Source: Octopus sinensis
Lineage: Eukaryota
Assembly (NCBI RefSeq): GCF_006345805.1
Contig: NW_021830088.1
Span: 1 to 5,301, forward strand
Direction: 5' to 3'
Length of the DNA: 5,301 nucleotides
The position numbers and the translations under genes were made by a program. This document shows positions 1-5,301 of the stretch, piece by piece (the stretch's first letter is position 1; each line of letters starts with the position of its first letter). The notes under the pieces are model-generated. The model saw only the letters and a list, made by a program, of their open reading frames with translations. It ran no database searches and was not told where the DNA came from.

Positions 1-80
1 AGTGGACACAACAGAGAGCTTCTGACATTTTTCGCTTCTCTTGAGCAAAATTAAAAGGAACCTGTCTATATACGTAATCA

Positions 81-82
<2 letters not shown>

Positions 83-129
<47 letters not shown>

Positions 130-358
130 ATTTGTTTGTATGTGTATATATACGTATATATAGATATATAAGATATATATAAGATGTACCCCCTCACATA
201 TAAATTTGAGCATCTATTTATGTATATATATATATATATTCACACACATACACACAGGTATACAAATATCTGTGTATAGCTATGTGTATATATATAAGTA
301 TATATATATGTGTGTATATATTTATATGTATATATATATATATGTATATATATATGTG

Positions 359-423
<65 letters not shown>

Positions 424-450
424 TGGGAGAGAGAGGGGGGAGAAGAGAGA
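83..450. repeat. Compound dinucleotide microsatellite block: (TG)21 at 83-124, degenerate TA/TG, (TG)11(TA)14 at 371-420, then a GA-rich purine tract
   Basis: Read directly from the sequence. It explains the YI/CV/HT-repeat ORFs at 206-519. Confidence 0.95.
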
Positions 451-603
451 TTGACATATATTCCTTCTAACACTCTGAACGGAAGTCATGTGACAGCTTT
501 AGCTGGTGTGTTACGGTAATATTCCGCACATGAGAAACTGGTTGAAATATAGTCTTTGTTACTTATTGCAACACATACAATACTATAGACAAGTTTGGTT
601 CAC

Positions 604-625
604 AGTAGTAGTAGTAGTAGTAGTA

Positions 626-664
<39 letters not shown>

Positions 665-740
665 CTGTAGTAGTAGTAGCTGTAGTAGTATTAGTAGTAG
701 TAGTAGTAGTGATGGTGATGTTGGTTATGGTGGTAGTAAT
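604..740. repeat. Interrupted (AGT/TAG)n trinucleotide microsatellite (604-710) decaying into GAT/GGT triplets
   Basis: Direct. Interruptions include a 1-nt deletion (tagtatag) and two gctgtag variants. Source of the poly-V/S/T ORFs at 595-792. Confidence 0.95.
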
Positions 741-1018
741 GTTTACGACATTGGAAGTCACTGTGCTTGTATACATATACACATACATTTAGTATGGTGT
801 GCATGTACCGATGTATGTATATATCTTGACATGCATGTATGTATAGGTGCCAGATCCATACGTGCATCCATATATTGTCTTCTTACCTCTCACGTTGATA
901 GGCCACTGTATCTGAAATATGCTAAGGTTATCAAACCTGTCCCATGCTGCATTGTAAGAAGCTTTTCCTTCTTCGTTGTTTTGTTATTGTACTAACATAT
1001 TCTCTGTGATTAATATGC

Positions 1019-1058
1019 GTGTGTGTGTGTGAGAGAGAGAGTGTGTGTGTGTGTGTGT
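1019..1058. repeat. Compound microsatellite (GT)6(GA)5(GT)9
   Basis: Direct reading. Confidence 0.9.
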
Positions 1059-1121
1059 ATTGTACGATATGAACAAGTAAACAAGATGATATTTTTCGAA
1101 CGCAGTAATGTTTGCTTATAT

Positions 1122-1521
1122 TCATATATATATATATATATATATATTATATAAACGGCAGTTTGTCTGTGTGTGTGTCTGTGTGTCTGTTAGGTTGTAC
1201 CCTCACCCTGACCACGGCTTTCAACCGATTCTGATGAAAATTGACACACACATAGCCCAATGTCATAATTCAAAACTAACGCAGCGAAAATTTTGAAAAG
1301 TTCCCCCAGTTTCTGAAAAAATCGATGAATTCGACATGGGGTCGAGAATCAGAAACACAACCACAGACTGTCTAGGGGACGCAACTCGACCTTTTTACTC
1401 TCAAAAAAAATTTACCATAATTTTTTTTCCATTTTTTCGCTATTTTTTGGCTATAACTCTCTAAAAATGCTTTATAGTTATTTCCCTTACAAACCCGAGC
1501 AACGCCGGGCTATACTGCTAG
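1122..1521 (+). mobile_element. Non-autonomous Helitron-like (rolling-circle) element, ~400 bp
   Basis: The 3' end has a GC-rich hairpin CCCGAGC-AAC-GCCGGG (1494-1509), an 8-nt spacer, then CTAG (1518-1521) followed by T. The 5' region is TC-(AT)n-TATAAA followed by a TGTC/TGTG microsatellite (1161-1190) and a CCGATTCTGATGAAA motif. This architecture matches invertebrate non-autonomous Helitrons such as Lep1/MINE. The 5' boundary is uncertain (1122-1150) because it merges with (AT)n. Confidence 0.75.
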
Positions 1522-1609
1522 TATATAATATTAGGGAGTAAATCCAAACTTACAGGGAAAAATTAGAGTTGCCTAGTAGTGGTTTTATCTCTAATTTAAT
1601 ATAATATAC

Positions 1610-1610
<1 letters not shown>

Positions 1611-1654
<44 letters not shown>
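1611..1654. repeat. (TA)5(TG)17 microsatellite
   Basis: Direct reading. Confidence 0.9.
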
Positions 1655-1655
<1 letters not shown>

Positions 1656-1658
<3 letters not shown>

Positions 1659-1869
1659 AAGTTAATCCAAACAAGAAAGCACAAAAAAAAAACACACAAC
1701 GCGAGGACGTGGAACAAGTATAGTATTATTGGACGCTCAGGAAAGAAGGAGGGTTTAACGTTTCGAGCAGAGCCCTTCGTCGGAAACATAGAAGGTAAGA
1801 TCCAGAGAAGGGAAGACAGAGGGAAAAAAATCGCCAACGGTACACACGAGGTCACATTTTGAAAGACCG
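1656..1869 (-). mobile_element. Interspersed repeat fragment carrying a hammerhead-like motif; probable Penelope-like element terminal-repeat (pLTR) fragment or retrozyme-like element
   Basis: A complex, CpG-containing island between two microsatellites, with the motif described at 1753-1787 and a T-rich 3' part on the minus strand. It resembles a repeat I recall from octopus assemblies (unverified). Confidence 0.5.
1753..1787 (-). ncRNA. Minimal type I hammerhead-ribozyme-like motif with variant core (U4C, extra A after A9)
   Basis: The minus strand reads GUUU-CCGACGA-A-GGGC-UCU-GCUC-GAAA-C-GUU-AAAC. Stem I is GUUU/AAAC. Stem II is GGGC/GCUC (one G-U). Minimal stem III overlaps the palindrome AACGUU. 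Predicted cleavage triplet is GUU. Confidence 0.55.
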
Positions 1870-2032
1870 TATATTATATGTATATATATATATATATAAT
1901 ATATATATATGTATATATATATGTGTGTGGTGTGTATGTATGTATATATTATATAATATATATATATATATGTATGTATGTGTTATATATATATATATAT
2001 ATATACATGTATATTTATATCACATTATATAT
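1870..2032. repeat. Degenerate TA/TG low-complexity tract
   Basis: Direct reading. Source of the YI-repeat ORFs at 1859-2107. Confidence 0.9.
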
Positions 2033-2090
2033 AGAGCAAATCATCAGGTGCTGTTATATACCGCTGCTCATAATGCGCTTCCAATTCTGA

Positions 2091-2250
2091 CTATATTGCA
2101 CAATTAACTAGATCGTCTTCCCATCCTCGTGGAAGCCTTCCAAGTGGACTTTTCTGATCTCTTGGATACCAGTCGGCAACTGCACGGTTCCACCTATTGT
2201 CTGTGAACCTTGCGACATAGCCGACCCACCGGAACACATGCATTCGATAT
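2091..2250 (-). mobile_element. Decayed 3' fragment of an RTE-clade non-LTR retrotransposon ORF2 (C-terminal region downstream of RT)
   Basis: Translation of 2231-2109 is RWVGYVARFTDNRWNRAVADWYPRDQKSPLGRLPRGWEDDL. This matches the RTE C-terminal pattern RWAGHVAR..DNRW....W.PR..KR..GRP..RW.D.. with substitutions at conserved positions (AGH>VGY, KR>KS, GRP>GRL). The upstream part of the 108-aa ORF shows no similarity I recognise, consistent with 5' truncation. Confidence 0.85.
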
Positions 2251-2904
2251 AGAGATGCAGCACGGAATTTTGTCAGTGAACAGGTCGCGGTCTCATAGCG
2301 ACGAAAATATTTTGACAAATTAAATTTAAATGTTGAAGTGAATCGAACGGCTTTTGTGTGTTTCTGAAATGGCTTACAAACACCTTCCACGCTGCAATTG
2401 TTTTCGTTCCAGCACACGATCTCAGATCAGGTCACTTGCTATGCACGTAGATCTCCGACCTTTTTATTATTGTCCCTTAGTTAGAACGAAAACATATCGT
2501 GTATAAATGTACCTAGTTAATAGCTCTCTCGAAACAATATGTTTAATATACTGAGTTTTGTCTCCTGAAATATAAAAGTGAAATGCCCTTAAATCGAATA
2601 TCATTCGGAAGTTTTGTATCCATTTCATTTAATTATTCATCAGGCATACAGGGATTAAAAAAAAAAAAGAATACACTGTCTGCAGCTGGAAATCTCTGAC
2701 AACGTTGTTAATATGTATTACCTTTCGTTCCTTCACAGGCTGAAATAATCTGTTCGTTTAATAGACAGATCTAGGTGAAAAAGCCAATATGCCTAGCGAT
2801 CTAACTTTTGCAAAATAATAGGAATAGAATGTGAGCTGTGAGTATTTTGTTAGGGAGAGAGTGCCGGAGTATATTTACCATTAGAAACGCCTCTTTCACT
2901 TGCG

Positions 2905-2909
<5 letters not shown>

Positions 2910-2959
<50 letters not shown>
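2910..2959. repeat. Perfect (TA)25 microsatellite
   Basis: Direct reading. Confidence 0.95.
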
Positions 2960-2960
<1 letters not shown>

Positions 2961-3210
2961 GTACATAGATACAAGGACTGCTCTGTTGTTTGTGAATTCC
3001 AGTTGTTCAATCAACACAGAAGATGAGAAGTAAAGTATCTCCTTACACTATTATACGTGTGTATTTTGGTCGTATGATAATCCTTTCGTTCACCATGAAT
3101 ATTTCTATCTCAAAGGTGTAATGCAACCATTCGGTGAAACTTCGCGTGACGATATCACCTATGCTGCTGAGGTTTGTATAAATACGCAAATACAACCTTC
3201 ACTTGCCACC

Positions 3211-3262
3211 TGCGCGCGTGTGTGTGTGTGTGTGTGTGTGTTGTGTGTGTGTGTGGTGTGTT
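3211..3262. repeat. (GC)3(GT)n alternating purine-pyrimidine tract
   Basis: Direct reading: tgcgcgcgtgtgtg..., with interrupted GT beyond 3240. Confidence 0.9.
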
Positions 3263-3403
3263 TGTTATCTTACGTGAGTGAGCAGGAATTACACCATCTC
3301 GAACCGGGATTTCGTTCGACCCCTATGCACCGCAAAAATATCAAATATTAAATGTTAGACCTTCCTAAACTATACACACGCGCATATAGGTCTCTGTTCC
3401 TAA

Positions 3404-3435
<32 letters not shown>

Positions 3436-3440
3436 ACATA
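3404..3440. repeat. (CA)13 microsatellite with degenerate end
   Basis: Direct reading. Confidence 0.9.
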
Positions 3441-3454
3441 GAATAAAAATACAG

Positions 3455-3708
3455 ATGATGATAATGATTAATAGGACAATCACTACGACGATGATGGCGA
3501 TGATGATGATGAAGGTGATGATGAAAGTGTGTGGTGGTGGCTGTGGTGGTGGTGGTGATGGTGGTGGTGATGGTGGTGGTGGTTATGTCGCTGGCGGTAG
3601 TTGTGGTGGTAGCCCTGGAGATGTTTGTTACGACGGCCATGGTGATTATGATGATCATGATGGTGGTGGTGGTGGTGGTTGTGGTGTTGCTGTTGCTTGT
3701 GTTGGTGG
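3455..3708. repeat. Degenerate (GAT)n grading into (GGT)n trinucleotide low-complexity region
   Basis: Direct reading. Triplet periodicity is kept throughout. Confidence 0.9.
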
Positions 3709-3912
3709 CGGTGGTGGTGGCGGAGGTGGTGGCGGAGGTGGTGGCGGAGGTGGTGGCGGAGGTGGTGGCGGAGGTGGTGGCGGATGTGGTGGCGGAGGTG
3801 GTGGCGGAGGTGGTGGCGGAGGTGGTGGCGGAGGTGGTGGCGGAGGTGGTGGCGGAGGTGGTGGCGGAGGTGGTGGCGGAGGTGGTGGCGGAGGTGGTGG
3901 CGGAGGTGGTGG
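3709..3912. repeat. 12-bp minisatellite (CGGAGGTGGTGG), 17 units, nearly perfect
   Basis: 16 units from 3721 to 3912 with one G>T at 3785, plus a variant first unit CGGTGGTGGTGG at 3709-3720. Confidence 0.95.
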
Positions 3913-3986
3913 CCGGGTAGGGTGGAAGTTGTGCAGGTGATGATTCAATGAAATATTTAACTGAAGTACAACTTTAGCATCGGCGA

Positions 3987-4018
3987 GGGGTGGGGGAAAG
4001 GAACGGGGGAGGGAGGGG
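3987..4018 (+). other. Putative G-quadruplex-forming sequence
   Basis: GGGG-T-GGGGG-AAAGGAAC-GGGGG-A-GGG-A-GGGG: five G-runs of at least 3 with loops of 1, 8, 1 and 1 nt. Confidence 0.5.
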
Positions 4019-4206
4019 CGAGTGCAAGAGTGTCCGGGGTGAGGGTGGTGGAATAAAACAAAGAAACAAAATTCAACAAAAACACAGCAAACAACCAATG
4101 AAAGCATAAATGTGGAGAAGAAGGTGAAATATGGCGAAGTTTGACATTAAATGTTTCAACAAGTTCCTCTGCTCTCGGGTAATAGAAGAGATAAAGGTTT
4201 ATTTCT

Positions 4207-4330
4207 CATTCATCACCACCACCACCACCACCATCATAACCATCACTATCGTCACTATCATCATCGTCTACAACGTCATTACCGTTACCGTCAACGTTAC
4301 AATCACCGCCACCACAACCATCATCATCAT
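4207..4330. repeat. Degenerate (CAC/CAT/CGT)n trinucleotide tract
   Basis: Direct reading. Source of the poly-H/T ORFs. Confidence 0.9.
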
Positions 4331-4332
4331 GA

Positions 4333-4428
<96 letters not shown>

Positions 4429-4467
4429 AATAATAATAATAATAATAATAACAATAATAATAATAAT
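4333..4467. repeat. Compound microsatellite (AAT)17(GAT)15(AAT)7 AAC (AAT)5
   Basis: Direct reading. It abuts the SINE 3' end at 4470. Confidence 0.95.
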
Positions 4468-4469
4468 AA

Positions 4470-4540
4470 GCTTTTCTACTCTAGGCACAAGGCCCGAAAT
4501 TTTTGGGGAGGGGGGGACCAGTCGATTAGATCAACCCCAG
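4470..4540 (-). mobile_element. 3' fragment of a SINE (octopus-type tRNA-derived family), 5'-truncated
   Basis: The sequence cttttctactctaggcacaaggcccgaaattttggggagg...gtcgattagatc.accccag matches my recollection of the reverse complement of an abundant octopus SINE 3' end, followed on the minus strand by an (ATT)n tail. No tRNA head (A/B box) is present here. The family assignment is from memory only. Confidence 0.65.
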
Positions 4541-4646
4541 CACATATATTTGTAGTGAATGTATATTGTAATGTGGTGATTGACCATTTAAAGTCTGTTC
4601 TCAGCATATTGGCATAGAATTATTTTTCTTTTACCCTTGTTTATAA

Positions 4647-4650
<4 letters not shown>

Positions 4651-4696
<46 letters not shown>
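4651..4696. repeat. Perfect (TA)23
   Basis: Direct reading. Confidence 0.95.
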
Positions 4697-4701
<5 letters not shown>

Positions 4702-4956
4702 TCGAAACACGGAGTTGACGAAGCGGGGACGGCTGAAGAAGGCGAATTTTCCTTGTGTTGTATGTCTTGTACTCTGTTCTTTCGTTGTTAAAAAAATGTC
4801 CGTTTCCATGGTTTTTTGTTTTATGTTTTCGTTTCTGATTGTGTTCGACGTTTTTTTTTGGTGTCCTGTTCCCGTACATGCATGTATATTACATATAGAT
4901 GTAGGTACGTACATATATGTATGTATATATGCATATGTTTTATTTTTATTATTTTG

Positions 4957-4957
<1 letters not shown>
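4697..4957. mobile_element. Unassigned interspersed repeat fragment (CpG-rich head, T-rich body, TA-rich end) between two (TA)23 tracts
   Basis: A complex island bounded by microsatellites that resembles a recurrent octopus repeat I recall. Class unknown, possibly Penelope-like. Confidence 0.35.

Positions 4958-5003
<46 letters not shown>
4958..5003. repeat. Perfect (TA)23
   Basis: Direct reading. Confidence 0.95.
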
Positions 5004-5009
<6 letters not shown>

Positions 5010-5026
5010 TATATGCATACATACAT

Positions 5027-5301
5027 ACTCTTTTATTCTTTTACTCTTTTGTTTCAGTCATTTGACTGCGGCCATGTTGGAGCACCGCCTTTAGTCGAAC
5101 ACATCGACCCCTGAACTTACTCATTGGAAGCCTAGTACTTATTCTATCCGCCTTATTTGCCGAACCACTAGTTACGAGGATTTAACACACCAGCATCGGT
5201 GTCAAGCGGCGGGTGGTGGGACAACACAGACACACAAAAATGCACACACCACACACAACACACACACACACACACACATAAATATATATATATGTATTTT
5301 C
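5027..5301 (-). mobile_element. 3' half of a second octopus-type SINE with an 8-bp tandem tail; its internal CA/TA microsatellite runs off the window end
   Basis: The sequence gtttcagtcatttgactgcggccatg.tggagcaccgcctttagtcga...cgacccc...gcctagtacttattctatc...tttgccgaacc.cta matches my recollection of a very abundant octopus SINE. The tail on the + strand is ACTCTTTT-ATTCTTTT-ACTCTTTT (5027-5050), i.e. (AAAAGAGT)3 on the element strand. Any tRNA-like head would lie beyond 5301. Confidence 0.7.

Noticed and set aside
1231-1275. Hammerhead starting at CTGATGA inside the Helitron-like element
   Set aside because: No GAAA follows a closable stem II. The motif is part of the CCGATT.TGATGAAA segment common in such elements.
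2241-2417. Extension of the RTE ORF2 homology to the start of the 108-aa ORF
   Set aside because: No recognisable RT or RTE motifs upstream of about 2250; treated as flanking sequence.
3295-3325. tRNA or B-box (GGTTCGA on the minus strand)
   Set aside because: It lacks the NNCC of the B box, an A box and a cloverleaf.
3709-3912. CRISPR array or telomeric repeat
   Set aside because: The units are contiguous with no spacers, the context is eukaryotic, and the unit is not TTAGGG-like.
3455-3940. 161-aa glycine-rich ORF (and the antisense 150-aa proline-rich ORF) as a structural protein
   Set aside because: Four overlapping frames are open simply because the repeat lacks stops. It has none of the Tyr/Ala/Leu punctuation or signal peptide of real Gly-rich structural proteins, and the N-terminus is itself (GAT)n.
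4701-4742. Type II hammerhead (GAAAC at 4704, GUU, CUGAAGA at 4733)
   Set aside because: The motif order fits a permuted hammerhead, but stem I cannot form (G opposite G next to the core) and stem II has at most 2 weak pairs.
206-5114. Most supplied ORFs (YI/CV/HT repeats, poly-V, T, I, M, H, S, L)
   Set aside because: They are stop-free readings of di- and trinucleotide microsatellites, with no domain content, and they overlap in several frames on both strands.

Overview
Eukaryotic, AT-rich intronic or intergenic DNA with no recognisable intact gene. By my rough tally about 35-40% is micro- or minisatellite: (TG)n, (TA)n, (TAG)n, (AAT)n(GAT)n, degenerate GAT/GGT and CAC/CAT tracts, and a very homogeneous 12-bp GGN array. 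The interspersed repeats resemble, from memory and not from a database search, those of octopus (cephalopod) genomes. They are: a ~400-bp non-autonomous Helitron-like element (1122-1521, 3' hairpin plus CTAG|T); a decayed C-terminal fragment of an RTE-clade LINE ORF2 (minus, ~2091-2250); two SINE 3' fragments on the minus strand (4470-4540, 5027-end); and two unassigned T-rich elements embedded in TA/TG tracts. The most notable observation is a 35-nt minimal type I hammerhead-ribozyme-like fold on the minus strand (1753-1787), of the kind carried by Penelope-like elements. It has a U4C core change and an extra A after A9. Almost all ORFs in the supplied track are microsatellite artefacts.
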